64,000 nucleotides of DNA. It comes from an uncultured Ruficoccus sp. Its GTDB lineage: Bacteria; Verrucomicrobiota; Verrucomicrobiia; Opitutales; Cerasicoccaceae. The stretch covers positions 224,001 through 288,000 of the forward strand of contig OZ223475.1 in assembly GCA_965140785.1 (NCBI GenBank), read 5' to 3'. Made by a program: the position numbers and the translations under genes. The notes under the pieces were generated by a model. That model ran no database searches, was not told the origin of the DNA, and was given only the letters and a program-made list of their open reading frames with translations. Shown here one piece after another: positions 18,973 through 30,190 of the stretch; the stretch's first letter is position 1, and each line of letters starts with the position of its first letter.

Positions 18973-21900
18973 GGTTGTCGAGCCAGCGGAAGGAGACGAC
19001 GACGAAGCGTCGATTGTTGGAGCCGGGAGTTAACTCGTCGGGCTGGCGCTGGACGACCAGTTCGCAGCGCGCGGTGGCTTCGGTGCTCCCGGTCAGCGGG
19101 TTGACGGACTCGCCGTAGGCACGGATGGTGAAGGTGTCTGAACGCGGGGAGAGCGCGGCCCCCAGGCGGGAAAGCAGGTTGCCCTGGGTAAGATAGCCGG
19201 GCTGGCCGTAGGAGAGCGAGCCCATGCCGGTATAGCGGTTGAACTGGTCGAACATGTTCAGCTCGTTGTAGCTGATGGAGTTGCTGTCGTCCTCGTAGCG
19301 GTCGTTGACGATGGAGGCCTCCAGTGCAGCCTGAAGCGCCCCGATAGCGCGCTCGCGATTGTCTGCACTGAGGACGAGGTTGGCGTTCTCACGGCTGGAG
19401 AGAAAGTCCGCGTCATCAATGACCCGGTTGACGAAGTGCGCCATCGAGGTGAAGGGGCCGCGCTTTTTGACCTGCTTAACGATTTCCTGCGCCAGGCTGT
19501 CGATCTCGGCCGCGTTGAGCGTGCGAAAGCCCGCGTAAGTCTGGGCGTCTTCCTCGTCGGCGGTGTCGGCATCACCGAGAAGGGGATCGAGGTTCTGGAG
19601 ATAGGGCGCGCGGGTGTCGTAGGCGGTGGTATTGACGGTGGCGCCGACCGTACCGGCTAACAGCGCCCGCCAGGCGTCCACGGAGGTGGAGTTGACGTTG
19701 AAGGCGCCGTTGACCATGAGCGCGGCGGCAGCGTCCTCGTAGGAGGTGATCTGTGCCGCGGTCGCTCCCGCTAGCGGTACCAGGCGCGGATTGAGCATCG
19801 CCCCGGTATTGGTGTCGTATTCGGCGAAAAAGTAGCGGTCCCACAGGTAGTCGTTGAGCAGGTAGGACCAGTCGTAGATGAGCGAACCAGGGTCACTGGA
19901 GAGGTACTTGGCGGTCTTGTAGGTATGGCGGCTACGCTCATCGAGCGGGACGCCGAGCGGGGCGAGGGAGTTGCCGATGGCGAAAGCCGGGTAGCTGCTG
20001 TTGAGGTTCCAGTCCGAGCCGCTCGAAGAGAAGGCAACCAGGTAATCCTCCACGGAGTTTGTCCGGGGCATGGGCGGGGCCAGCGAGGCGTGCATGAGCG
20101 AGCCGACGGACTGGAAGTACTCAGGGCCGCCGGGCAGGTCGAAGAGCGTGTCCTGCGTGATGAACGAGCTATTCGTATCGTCGGTGAAGCCGACCGTGGG
20201 TTGCGTATATGTCAGCGACGAGTAGAAGCGGCCCCAGTCTTCCGAGTCACTACCGCGCATGGTTGTCTGGGACGAGCCCATGCTGTCGGAACGGTTTCCA
20301 GACCAGCTCAGGTAAAGCGAGTTATAGCGCGTGTCGCCGTCCTGAGTTTGTTCGATGGGGGTGCGGTCGCTGCGCGCGGCTCGGGGATTATAGGAAGCGA
20401 GGGTGGAGACGATGGGGGTCGGGGAGGGGCTCCCCGGATAGGTGACCGGGGACAGATTCTGCACCCAGCGAAAATGCTGCGTGAAACCGAGAATGGGGAA
20501 ATAGTTGTCACCGCCGAGCGCAGCCAGCGGCAAAGCATCCCAGGGCGTGGTGGCGTCCGAGGCGAAGGAGGGGATCGCTGTGGGAGAAACGGCCCACTCA
20601 GGGGACAGCACGGAGCTGCCGGAGGTTTTGCCCAGATTGGACTGATTGAAGCCGGAGATGTCTTGGAGGGGGCCCTGGCTGATCATGTCCGCCAGGTTTC
20701 CATTGCCCACGTCGAGACCGAGCCCAACATGCAGATAGCTGATACCCGTGGTTCCACTGTCCGAGACGAGCCGCAGGACGAAGGGCAGGCCGGTTTTCGG
20801 GGGAACACCGGCGATGGCAACAGGGTCAAACCGGTCGCTCAGTTCCGAGTAAAAATAGCCGCCAGAGACGAAGCCGGGGGCCGAGGCATCGACCAGCGGG
20901 CTTCCGTTGCCGCTGGCCCAGTTCTGAGGCTGAACGGAGCCCGGGAGAAAGAGTTTGGCCTCGCCGGGCCCGAAGGCGCTGCTGATGTTGAAGCGGAATG
21001 CGCCGCGATTTTGGGAGTCGTCGGCGCCCTCGAAGATCGTTCCCGGCGCCCAGGTGTGGGTGGTGCCGTCGGCATCGGTCCACTCGACCTGTGGCGTCCA
21101 GTTGTATTTGATCTTGTTGCTGTTCGTGGTGAGGAAGAGGTTGTAGTCGGTGCTCGGAAGGGCGACGTTGTAGGGGTTCCACAGCACGACCGCGGGAAAG
21201 AACATCAGGCGCGCGATGTACTGCTGGTTGGCGCCGGGGGCTTTCAGCAGCAGCAGGTGCATGTGCATCTGGATGACGGTAACGATCGGGCCGACGCCCA
21301 TCTGCGTGTTGGTCTGTGGCTGTACAGAGACGGTGTCGCCCCGCAGTCGGTAAAAGCTGCGCAACTGCTCCCAGGGCGGACCGCCGGGGTCGCGGCGTTT
21401 GTTGGTTGAACCACTGGCCCCGCGTGCGGCGTCGGAGTCGCGCGGGTCGTAGGGCTCGGCCTGGTCGCGGTGCCCGAAGACCAGGTTGCCGTGTTCGCTT
21501 TTGAGCGTGGCGAAGTCGTCGGTGTTGCTAAAAGCGGCGCTGAGGTTGCGCTTGAGGCCACCCTCGCGCACATCGGCCAGCACCCCGAGCGAGAGCGAGG
21601 TCAGGTCATGGAAGTGATTGGCAATCAACTCCTGCCCCTCACCGCTGTCGAGGCCTGCCTGCTGCAAGAGCAGGAGCAACTGGTTCAATCCGCCCGCGCG
21701 CTCGAGCAGTTGGGTGTAGGAGGCATCGGTATGGATCGAGCCGAGGTCCTGCAGGGGGGACAGATCGTAGAGTGAATCGTTCTCCTCGATCAATTCGGGA
21801 GCGGTACGGGTGGCGGCGAGGGCGGCGATGGCCGCGTCCCGGGATTCGTTGCTGCGGGCCCAGGGGTTGTCCATGGCCAGGCTGGCCTTGACGCCGTCGT

Positions 21901-22543
21901 CGGCCACCCACCAGGCGTACTTGCCGCTGATGTCGCCGTCGGCGTCGCGTATCTGCTGCGGGGGCAAGTAGATATTACGCGGGTCAGCGGGGTCCGAGGC
22001 ATCGACCAGCAGGAGCGGGACGTCGGTCTCGCTGCGGGTGTTGTTCAAGGGATTGGCTCCCGGTGTACTGACCAGCCAGGCGAGCGCGCCGCCGGGATTG
22101 CCGAGACCGTTCTTGATCGGTGCGGGGTTCTGGTGCGCATCACCGCCGGTGCCATTGTCGGCATCGTCCGGATCGGTGATCCAGACGCCGGTCCAGTAGG
22201 GTTCATCCAGGCCGGTTATGGCCTCGGTCTCGGGAGTGTCGTCCAAGATCCCGGCCCGGGCCGTTACCCGTTGGTCGGGGCCAGCTGTTTGCTGAAGTTC
22301 GCCCAGCGCCAGCATGGCGCTGAAAAGCGCGAGCTGTCGGGCCTCGGTTTGCTGGGCCGCCACGGAGCCCTGGAGCGTTCCCATCTGCACCAGCGTGGAC
22401 AGGCTGAGCATCAACATGAGAATGAAGACCATCAGCGCCAGGGAGATGATCAGCGCAAAGCCGCTGGTGCGTCGGCTCAGGTGTCGGCGCCCGCGGGGAA
22501 GACTCTGCGTCAGGGAGGAAACGGGATAGGGCAGGAGCGTCAT
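18962..22543 (-). CDS. Giant PilX/Verru_Chthon cassette A-like pilin-associated protein
   Basis: RRTSGFALIISLALMVFILML; ALGELQQTAGPDQRVTARA; YAWWVADDGVKA; GAFNVNSTS; RGPFTSMAHFVNR; RSDTFTIRAYGES. Start placed at the Met nearest the cleavage motif. Confidence 0.85.
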   Translation of the reverse strand: MTLLPYPVSSLTQSLPRGRRHLSRRTSGFALIISLALMVFILMLMLSLSTLVQMGTLQGSVAAQQTEARQLALFSAMLALGELQQTAGPDQRVTARAGILDDTPETEAITGLDEPYWTGVWITDPDDADNGTGGDAHQNPAPIKNGLGNPGGALAWLVSTPGANPLNNTRSETDVPLLLVDASDPADPRNIYLPPQQIRDADGDISGKYAWWVADDGVKASLAMDNPWARSNESRDAAIAALAATRTAPELIEENDSLYDLSPLQDLGSIHTDASYTQLLERAGGLNQLLLLLQQAGLDSGEGQELIANHFHDLTSLSLGVLADVREGGLKRNLSAAFSNTDDFATLKSEHGNLVFGHRDQAEPYDPRDSDAARGASGSTNKRRDPGGPPWEQLRSFYRLRGDTVSVQPQTNTQMGVGPIVTVIQMHMHLLLLKAPGANQQYIARLMFFPAVVLWNPYNVALPSTDYNLFLTTNSNKIKYNWTPQVEWTDADGTTHTWAPGTIFEGADDSQNRGAFRFNISSAFGPGEAKLFLPGSVQPQNWASGNGSPLVDASAPGFVSGGYFYSELSDRFDPVAIAGVPPKTGLPFVLRLVSDSGTTGISYLHVGLGLDVGNGNLADMISQGPLQDISGFNQSNLGKTSGSSVLSPEWAVSPTAIPSFASDATTPWDALPLAALGGDNYFPILGFTQHFRWVQNLSPVTYPGSPSPTPIVSTLASYNPRAARSDRTPIEQTQDGDTRYNSLYLSWSGNRSDSMGSSQTTMRGSDSEDWGRFYSSLTYTQPTVGFTDDTNSSFITQDTLFDLPGGPEYFQSVGSLMHASLAPPMPRTNSVEDYLVAFSSSGSDWNLNSSYPAFAIGNSLAPLGVPLDERSRHTYKTAKYLSSDPGSLIYDWSYLLNDYLWDRYFFAEYDTNTGAMLNPRLVPLAGATAAQITSYEDAAAALMVNGAFNVNSTSVDAWRALLAGTVGATVNTTAYDTRAPYLQNLDPLLGDADTADEEDAQTYAGFRTLNAAEIDSLAQEIVKQVKKRGPFTSMAHFVNRVIDDADFLSSRENANLVLSADNRERAIGALQAALEASIVNDRYEDDSNSISYNELNMFDQFNRYTGMGSLSYGQPGYLTQGNLLSRLGAALSPRSDTFTIRAYGESVNPLTGSTEATARCELVVQRQPDELTPGSNNRRFVVVSFRWLDNHEI

Positions 22544-22635
22544 GGGACAGGCCGGGCCATTGAGGCGAACACCGCTGGGGCAGTCAGGCATTCGACAGTA
22601 TAGTATCGGAGCTTGAGGGATAGGATTAACCACAA

Positions 22636-22659
22636 GCGGGCAGACCGGAGTCTGCTCGC
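22636..22659 (-). terminator. Stem-loop downstream of the PEP-CTERM gene (weak terminator or stability hairpin)
   Basis: Minus strand GCGAGCAGAC-TCCG-GTCTGCCCGC with a cUNCGg loop; poor U-tract. Confidence 0.45.
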
Positions 22660-22702
22660 GCATGCCCCGAATGAGGTAAAAAGGGTAAGGATGAAAACGC
22701 TA

Positions 22703-23572
22703 TCAGGAGCGCCGACGCCAGCGGACGACGGTCGCGAGCAGAGCGATGACTCCCAGCGTCAAGCCCATTTCCTGAGGCTCGGGGATGCTGTCGTAGGTGA
22801 CTTCTACGTTATTCAGGTAGATGTCGCCGCTGCTCGCTTTGTAGAAAGCCAGCGTGTCGAAGGTAAAGGTGTCTGCGGGGGTGTTGATATCCGAGAGCAC
22901 GATGCTGTTCATGGAGAAAGACAGGTTCAGGGTCGTCGAGTCACTGCGGGTGAACGTAAAGGAAACCGTGTACGGGGTCTCGGCGGTCAGGTTGACGCCA
23001 GCGGCGGAATTGGTCAGGGAGGTCATGCCGTCGGCCAGCAGCTTCGGGCCGGTCCCATTACGTTCGGAGAAGTAGGTGTTACCCGCCGTGTCAGCGCCGA
23101 GGTTCGTGTTCAGGCGGTAGCCACCGTAGTTGTTGAAGAGCTCATTGGTGGAGCCGTAGTCGTCGGCGGTGACTTGATATTCCTCGCCGCCGGAGTTCAG
23201 GATGCCGACTCGGAAGCCATACTGATTGTTCGCTACGGACTCCATCGTGATGTCGAAGCTGACGGTCAGGGATTCGCCGACGTCGAGCGTGGTGGCATCG
23301 TAGTAAGTGAGGAAGCGCGCGGTGCTGTTGATCGCGTTTAGCTGTCCGGTCTGGTTGTTGACATACAGCCCGCCGCTACCGGCAGAGTTGTACCAGCCGG
23401 CACGGCTGCCGTTGCTGAAATCATCCTGGTAAACGATCTCGGTGGCAGCATGGGTGTAGGAGGCGCTCGCGAGGCAGGCGCCGGCGGCCAGCACGCTTAA
23501 AAGACGCACGCGACGTGCTTGGGTGAAGCGAAGAGATTTAGCCGGGGGAGAAGGGGGTGTGATAAGATTCAT
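22703..23572 (-). CDS. PEP-CTERM sorting-domain surface protein
   Basis: Signal peptide; C-terminal IPEPQEMGLTLGVIALLATVVRWRRRS. Confidence 0.9.
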   Translation of the reverse strand: MNLITPPSPPAKSLRFTQARRVRLLSVLAAGACLASASYTHAATEIVYQDDFSNGSRAGWYNSAGSGGLYVNNQTGQLNAINSTARFLTYYDATTLDVGESLTVSFDITMESVANNQYGFRVGILNSGGEEYQVTADDYGSTNELFNNYGGYRLNTNLGADTAGNTYFSERNGTGPKLLADGMTSLTNSAAGVNLTAETPYTVSFTFTRSDSTTLNLSFSMNSIVLSDINTPADTFTFDTLAFYKASSGDIYLNNVEVTYDSIPEPQEMGLTLGVIALLATVVRWRRRS

Positions 23573-23726
23573 GGCTTTAAATAGGGCCGAATTATGGAAA
23601 AGTGTCAATTTAAATACCGTGAAAAATCGCCAAACTATCGCTAAAAATTCGAATATATTTCGATATTACTGGTTTTCAGGGGCCTGTGTAAGCAAAAATT
23701 CATATATTACAAAGAAAGTTCTTGAA

Positions 23727-23746
23727 AATTAACGTTAAAAATAAAA
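23727..23746. promoter_or_regulatory. Putative LacI operator (core TTAACGTTAA)
   Basis: AATTAACGTTAAAAATAAAA in the divergent promoter; exact reverse-complement copy at 30191-30210. Confidence 0.65.
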
Positions 23747-23756
23747 GAGTTTGGCC

Positions 23757-24767
23757 ATGGGAATTAACCAACAACAAATTGCCGAGGCATTGAACTTGTC
23801 CGTGATGACGGTATCGCGTGCTCTGCGCCATCATCCGGACCTGGCAGAGAATACCCGGGAGTTGGTGATGAAGAAGGCCGAGGAGCTGGGCTACCGCAAG
23901 CATCTGAAAAAACGAGAAGCGAATGCAGAGCGCAAAGCGCCCGAAACCCTACGCCGGATGGGGATCATCCTGTTTGAGGATGAAGCCATGGGACACTTCA
24001 ATCTATTCAAGTCCGGCGTGATTCGCAGAATCTTTCTTTCCCTGCAAAAAGGCTGTCAGGAGTTGGGGTTTGAGACGGTGCTGGAGACTCCTTCGGCTGA
24101 CAAGCCGGGGGACGTGCCCCTGTTGGTTAAGAACCGTTCGGTGGATGGTATTTTTCTGCTGGGACGCTATTCGAGTAATATTGTCGAGCGTCTGGAGGGC
24201 ATCCCCGCTCTGGCTGTCAGTAACTTCCTCGAATGTGCCGGGCTGCCGCGGGTAGTGGCGGACAATTTCCACGGCATGCGCGAGGCCACCGAGCACCTGA
24301 TCGGGCTCGGGCACCGCCGTATTCTTTTTCTTGGGGACAACCAAGCCCACACGCAGATTTTCCAAGAGCGCTCTTTCGGCTACCTGGCGGCGATGCAGAC
24401 GAACGGCTACAAGCCGACGCTTGAGTTTATGGGTAGCCGTCGGGAGGAAGTGCCCGTGCAGAAGATCCTGAAGCATACCGCTGTGGTGTGCAGTAACGAT
24501 AATCTGGGCTATATCGTCAAAGCCCGGCTCAGGGCGGAGGGGCTTAAGCTGCCCGAGGACTGTAGTCTGGTGGCCTTTGACAACATTTCCGCCCTGCATG
24601 AATCCGACCCGATCACTTCGTATGAGCCGGATTGGGAAATGATGGGACAGATCGCGGCGGACCTGCTGGTCTCCTCTCCTCAGGCGATTATTAATCGAAA
24701 CGTCGCCGTTACCGTGCCCGGAAAAATGGTGATGCTGGACTCCACCTGCCCGCCGCCTGCCGAATAG
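23757..24767 (+). CDS. LacI family transcriptional regulator
   Basis: NQQQIAEALNLSVMTVSRAL HTH; HLIGLGHRRI; DCSLVAFDN. Confidence 0.93.
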   Translation: MGINQQQIAEALNLSVMTVSRALRHHPDLAENTRELVMKKAEELGYRKHLKKREANAERKAPETLRRMGIILFEDEAMGHFNLFKSGVIRRIFLSLQKGCQELGFETVLETPSADKPGDVPLLVKNRSVDGIFLLGRYSSNIVERLEGIPALAVSNFLECAGLPRVVADNFHGMREATEHLIGLGHRRILFLGDNQAHTQIFQERSFGYLAAMQTNGYKPTLEFMGSRREEVPVQKILKHTAVVCSNDNLGYIVKARLRAEGLKLPEDCSLVAFDNISALHESDPITSYEPDWEMMGQIAADLLVSSPQAIINRNVAVTVPGKMVMLDSTCPPPAE

Positions 24768-24847
24768 GCGCTGGACCTGCCCTCTGGGGCAGCTGTCCGT
24801 GGATGGACGCACGAAGGGTTCGTCTTCAGGGCTTGCCGGTTCGAACT

Positions 24848-26272
24848 CTACATTTTCCCTCGGCGGTCCTCCAGAAGCGTACGGATGTCGGTGAGGCGGT
24901 CGCGCGTCAGCGGATACAGCGTGATGAGCATGAGGGAGAACAGCCAGATGCCAGCTGGCATGAACAGGAAAATCCATTTCATGCGCGCGAGAACCTCCGG
25001 GGGTTGGTGCTGCAGCATGACGTCGAAGCCCGAAATTTCCAGCATGACTCCGCCCAGGCCCATCGCCAGGGTATTGGCGACTTTTAAGAACCAGGAGTAA
25101 AAGGCGTTGATGGAGCCTTCGCGGCGACGCTGGGTATCCACCTCGTCGTAGTCGGCCACGTCGGCCTTCATCGAGGGGATGAACAGCCAGAAGGCCGACA
25201 TGCTCCCGGATTGCAGGACGGCGGGAATCAACTGGAGGTAGGGCAGTTCGGGTACGAGGCAGACCGCGTACAGAAGGTGGCCAGCGATGGCCATGAGCAG
25301 GACGCCGACCACGAGGATTTTCTTGTCGAACCTTTCACTGAGCCAGGTCAATACCGGCAGAGAAAGGATGCCCGCTACCATCATGGTCGTGTAGCGCCAG
25401 CCGTCGATAATCGAGGCGTCGGCCAGATGTCCGTCATTGATGAAGTAGATATTAACGTATTGTCCCAGGCTCGCGACCGAGGCGTTCCCCAGGCTGAGGA
25501 AGAAGGAGGCACCGATCAGCAGCCACAGGGGCTTGCAGTGAAAGGTTTCTTTGATGCTCTTCCAGAAAGGATCTTTGGGCTGTGTGCGGGTCTCTTTCTC
25601 ATAGTAGCGCTCCTTGACGAACAATGCCGGCATGAGGCCGAAAATCAGGATCAGGGCGGCCAGGAACCAACTACAGGTACGCATGCCGCTGACGATGTCC
25701 GCCTCGCCCGTTTCGGGGTTGGCGAACCACGGGCCGGACAGGATGGCCATGATCCAGCCGCCGCCCAGCGCCACGATTTTGCCGAAGAAAGACATCCACG
25801 CCGTCAAGTGCGTGCGCTCGTCATAATTAGGGGTCAGCTCCAGTTGCAGGCCATAGTAGGGCATCGACCAGCAAGTAAAGGAGGTGAAGAACAGCCAGCC
25901 GACAAAGAGCAGGTAGAAGAACATCCCCAGCTCGCTCCAGCCCTCCGGCGGCCTCCATAGGAAGGGATAGATCGATGCGGTCAGGATCGCCCCGACAAAG
26001 ATGAACGGGCGGCGCCGACCCCAGCGGGTGCGGGCGTTGTCGGAGATGTTGCCCATTACCGGGTCCGAAATCGCATCCCAGCCGCGCAGGATCATCAGGC
26101 ACAGGCCAAGCAGCATTGGGCGTATGCCCAGCCCGATATTAAAGTACGGCATCCAGACCATGCTGATCGTGACGCCGGTGGCGAAGTAGTCCATCTTGCC
26201 GCCCAGGGCGAAGGCGATTTTCTGCCAGAAAGGTATGCGATCGGATTCGGGGATGGAGGATAGTCGGGCCAT
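24848..26272 (-). CDS. GPH-family (MelB-like) MFS sugar:cation symporter
   Basis: WDAISDPVMGNISDNARTRWGRRRPFI; ELTPNYDERT; ADVADYDE..RREG. Confidence 0.93.
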   Translation of the reverse strand: MARLSSIPESDRIPFWQKIAFALGGKMDYFATGVTISMVWMPYFNIGLGIRPMLLGLCLMILRGWDAISDPVMGNISDNARTRWGRRRPFIFVGAILTASIYPFLWRPPEGWSELGMFFYLLFVGWLFFTSFTCWSMPYYGLQLELTPNYDERTHLTAWMSFFGKIVALGGGWIMAILSGPWFANPETGEADIVSGMRTCSWFLAALILIFGLMPALFVKERYYEKETRTQPKDPFWKSIKETFHCKPLWLLIGASFFLSLGNASVASLGQYVNIYFINDGHLADASIIDGWRYTTMMVAGILSLPVLTWLSERFDKKILVVGVLLMAIAGHLLYAVCLVPELPYLQLIPAVLQSGSMSAFWLFIPSMKADVADYDEVDTQRRREGSINAFYSWFLKVANTLAMGLGGVMLEISGFDVMLQHQPPEVLARMKWIFLFMPAGIWLFSLMLITLYPLTRDRLTDIRTLLEDRRGKM

Positions 26273-26302
26273 GAGTGAAAGAGGAAGCTGAAGAGTTCGG
26301 GT

Positions 26303-27514
26303 TTAACGGCAGCTGGCCTGGGTCGGGGCGGAGACATGGGCGCCCCAGGGCAGGCCAACTTCGCTCAGCAGGCAGCCCCGGCGGTGGGCTTCGATCATGG
26401 ACTCGGCCAGGCCCTTGACCTGGATGAACTCCTCGGATTTTTCGAGTCGGGATTGTATCCACTCTTCCGGTACATCTTCAATCGCCAGTGTGCGGTGTAT
26501 CCGGTCGATGAATTGAGTATGTGCGCGTGCCATTTCCAGGGTGCACACGTTGCTGGGGTGCCCGTGCAGGCACTCACAAATGTGACGCAGCATGACGAGG
26601 CGCGTGTCTTCGTAGGAGGGGAGGGTGGCGTTTTTCTGAGGTTCGCGGGTGTAGGAGAGTGAACTGTCTTCGGTGTCGTTCCAGGTGTAGCATCCGGCGG
26701 TTGTTTCGATCACAATCTCCGCGTCCATGAAGGTCTCCGCCGAGTGGCTCATGTTGACGGTCAGTTCGGCGCCGTTTCGGAGTGTGGCGCGGGCGGATAT
26801 TGTATCGAAACTTTCGATACGCTGTGCACGATAGAGGGCGGATTCGAGCCCGTCGATCTCGGCGGCTGATTCGCGGCGCTCGCCCGCCCAGAAAAGAGCC
26901 ATCTGGATGAAGTGGGCCATGGCATTATTGGCCGGCGAGTCCAGGATCGTCATTCCCTCGCTGGTGAGCTTCCCGGCCCAGTCTGTGCGCCTGTAATACT
27001 CGGTAGAGCGCGGCCACAGGGCGCAGACGCGGATGCGCTTGAGGGTGCCGAACTGGCCGGAGAGCAGCAGGTCCTTGATGTCCCAGCACGCGTCGGTGTA
27101 GGTCTTTTGAAAGCCAACAAAGAGATGCTTCCCGCAATCGTCCCTGGCCTGGCGCATGGCCTCGACCTCTTCAAGAGTGGCCGCCGGGGGCTTCTCGACC
27201 AGTACGTGCATACCTGCCTTGAACGCGGCGACGGTCATGGTGCAGTGCCAGCCGATGCCGGTGGGAATACAGCACAGGTCGATCTGTCCGGCCTCGCATG
27301 TGAGCATCTCGGTGTAGTCGCTGTAGATGCGGCACCCGATGGCGCGCAGGCGTGCGCATTTCTCCGCCTCATCGGCGGCGTTGATGACGGTAGCGGCGCA
27401 GAGCTGGACGCACCCCTCTTCGGCCAGGGCGAGGAGGGAACGGTAGTAGCAGCCGCCATAGCCGGAAACTCCGATCAGGGCGACGCGAATCGGTTTGTCA
27501 CTGGGACGGGTCAC
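26303..27514 (-). CDS. Gfo/Idh/MocA family oxidoreductase
   Basis: VALIGVSGYG Rossmann motif, HVLVEKP, YYRRTDWAG, DSPANNAMAH; GTG start inferred. Confidence 0.88.
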   Translation of the reverse strand: MTRPSDKPIRVALIGVSGYGGCYYRSLLALAEEGCVQLCAATVINAADEAEKCARLRAIGCRIYSDYTEMLTCEAGQIDLCCIPTGIGWHCTMTVAAFKAGMHVLVEKPPAATLEEVEAMRQARDDCGKHLFVGFQKTYTDACWDIKDLLLSGQFGTLKRIRVCALWPRSTEYYRRTDWAGKLTSEGMTILDSPANNAMAHFIQMALFWAGERRESAAEIDGLESALYRAQRIESFDTISARATLRNGAELTVNMSHSAETFMDAEIVIETTAGCYTWNDTEDSSLSYTREPQKNATLPSYEDTRLVMLRHICECLHGHPSNVCTLEMARAHTQFIDRIHRTLAIEDVPEEWIQSRLEKSEEFIQVKGLAESMIEAHRRGCLLSEVGLPWGAHVSAPTQASCR

Positions 27515-27569
27515 GGTTGGTACGGGAAAGTGAAATGAAACAGGTGTCGTTGCACAGGGCCGGGTCGGC

Positions 27570-30055
27570 TTAAGGCTGAGCTGGCACGTCGGCGGGCGTG
27601 TCTGCCGGCGGCTGGAAGCGGTTCGCCAGCTCAGGAACCTCCGACTGCAGGAGGGTGAGTACCCAACGGGCAATGACGACACTGCCGGCAGTCGAGAAGT
27701 GTGTGCGGTCTTCGACCTTCTCGGTCGGGCTGAAGACGAGGCTCTCCTCGGCGGTCATTTCGGAGAATTTATCGTAACTGCACTGATGCAGGTCCAGGCA
27801 GGGGACCTGCATCTCCTCCGCGACGATGCGGACCGACTCGGCATAGGGCTCGAGGCTGTCCGAGAGGGTGCCGTCCGAGTGGTAGGTGCGGCGGCAGACC
27901 GGAGTGATCAGGATGGGCTGCGCGCCCTGCTCGCGGGCCTCCTGTACGTAGCGCCTCAGGTGGTCGCGGTAGTCGGTTTCTGCTGCGCTCTCACGCTCGG
28001 GGCCTTTGCCCTTCTGGTCGTTGTGTCCGAACTGGATGAGCACCCAGTCCGGATTCAGTTCCATGGCCTTGTCCCAACGGCCCTCGCTGCGAAAGCTGCG
28101 CGAGCTGCGGCCGCCCACGGCGGTGTTCTCAACCCGGATGCCGGGGCCGGTCCAATGCTCAAGCGCCCAGCCCCAACCGGCCTGGTCTTTCTTGTCGCTC
28201 TTACCGGTCACGGTCGAGTCTCCGACCAGGGCGACGAGCGTCTGGCCGGTCTCGCGAACGCCGGCTGTGTTCAGGTCGAAGCGGGGAATCTGTGGCATGG
28301 GCTGTCCGTATTGAAGGGCGCCCGCATCGGGCGTGATGTCGTTGAAGTAACCGGGCTCGCATCCGGGAAGCTCCTCGTCGCTGAGCAGCATGGGGTCCAC
28401 TCCGCGGTTGCGGGCGGGACTGTCCACGCGCAGGGCCAAGTCGTAGTGGTCAGGATCGACGAAGCCCGCGGGCCCGTAGCCGACCCAGGTGCTGTTGGTC
28501 TCGCGTCCGGCCTCGGCGGCCTGCGCCATGCTCTGCTGCCAGGCCTCGGCGATCGAGCGTTCGGAGTCGTTGTCCCGTTCATCGTCCCAGGGCCGGGGGA
28601 AGTCCGGAGTCGCGAGGATGAATACATTTCCGTCGGTCTTCCAGTCGGGGAGGGGGAGCGGGTCTGAGGAGTGCACCCAGCGGCGGCACCAGAACAGGTT
28701 GTTAAAGTAGTGGTAGTTGGGCGTGGTCAGCGTCATGGCGAGATGGTGGTAGTTCCTGTTCACGGCCGTGTCGGAGGTGCTGGTGTTGTGGTAGACCCAG
28801 ACCTCGACATCGGGGTAAAACTGTTCGCCCTGTCCCCAGTTGCGCAGGGTCCTCCTTACTGTCGAGGAAGATGTTGCGGTAGATATACAGGGGCCCCTGC
28901 TGGGGGGCCTTGATGCGGAAGGCGCAGCGGGCGCGGATGACAATATTGTCGTGCCACTGGCCATTCACGCTGGGGCCCATCGTCTCCATGCCGTCGTCGT
29001 TCAGGTGGCGAATGAGATTGTGGTGAACCTTCAGGTCGGGGTTGGCGTCGGGGTGGGTGCCCTCCCAAGGCGGGTTGCCCACGTCGTCGATGCCATCCCA
29101 GTGGTCGTGAATGTAATTGTCGTGAATGTCGTGGCCGCCCTGGGTGTTCTTGATGGCGATGCCGACGCGGTCGTAGAAGCCGCCTACTTTCATGGCCTGC
29201 CAGTTGTCCCACGAGCCGCGGTACCAGGTGTCGGAACCGGCGTAGGGGCTGAGGCTGATGCGGTTAAAGCGCAGCTCGGCGTTCCGGGCTCCATGGTCGA
29301 GGACGATCCCGTAATCGGCCGGATCGATCACGCACCGCTCAACCATACTGTTGGCCGAGCCCTGAACAAGCACGCCAATGGCAGAGTTGCGCAACGTGAG
29401 ATTTCGCACCACGGTGAAGTCCTGGCCGTTGGTGTCCACGACCGGTTCCCGCGGGGCCACGGTCATGGTCATGTTTCGCGGGTCCAACTGGTCCTTGAAG
29501 CGTACGAGCAGCTCCTTCTCGTGTTGACGGTACATGGCCAGCGCCTTGACGCCGTTCCAGCCGGTGGAGCCGACGCCGTTGACAAAAGCGTCCTTCCACA
29601 AGATCGCGGGCATGCCTTGCTTGGGGGCGGGAGTGTCTGCCGACCCGGTGCGTTTTTCGTCCAGTGTGGTCAGTGTTTGGCCGTTCGCGGTGACTGTGAA
29701 GGGGAAGAAGTCCAGCGGGGCGCGGTAAACGCCCGGCCCGATATCGGGCGCCGGTTCCCAGGCCAAGTCAACGGGTGTGCTGCCGTCAATGATGACGCTG
29801 GGTCCGGCACCCTCCAGGACCACGGGCTGCTCCTCTGTGCCGTTGTGCTGAAATTTAACCCGCTCGCGATACACGCCGGGCTGATCCGGACGGTGTCGCC
29901 CGGACCAGCTGCGTCCAGTGCCGCTTGGATCGACGGGTAGGCTGTGCCGTTGGGAGCTTCGCCGACCAGAGGTCGGCACCGTGTGTCGGGTGAAGGCTGA
30001 GTGCCAAGATTGCGCTAGTCAGGAGGGAAAGGGTATGTTCGCGAAATAAAATCAT
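27570..30055 (-). pseudogene. Beta-helix (DUF1565-like) plus SGNH/rhamnogalacturonan-acetylesterase-like fusion broken by three 1-nt indels (pseudogene or assembly error)
   Basis: Signal peptide, PSIQAALDAAGPGDTVRI.PGVYRE, beta-helix repeats, then GDSTV..GWG..GGRSSRSF..QFGHND..DRTHF; frame changes near 29968, 29883 and 28848. Confidence 0.8.
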
Positions 30056-30190
30056 TGAGATATTATATTAACGGTATAAAATATAGAGGCAACGATGAGG
30101 CGTGACTATGCTTTTTATGCTTAAATAAATGCCTTGAGCGGCATTCGGGGTAGAAGAAGTGTACTGCCGTCCTAAGAACTTTTGCTGTGT

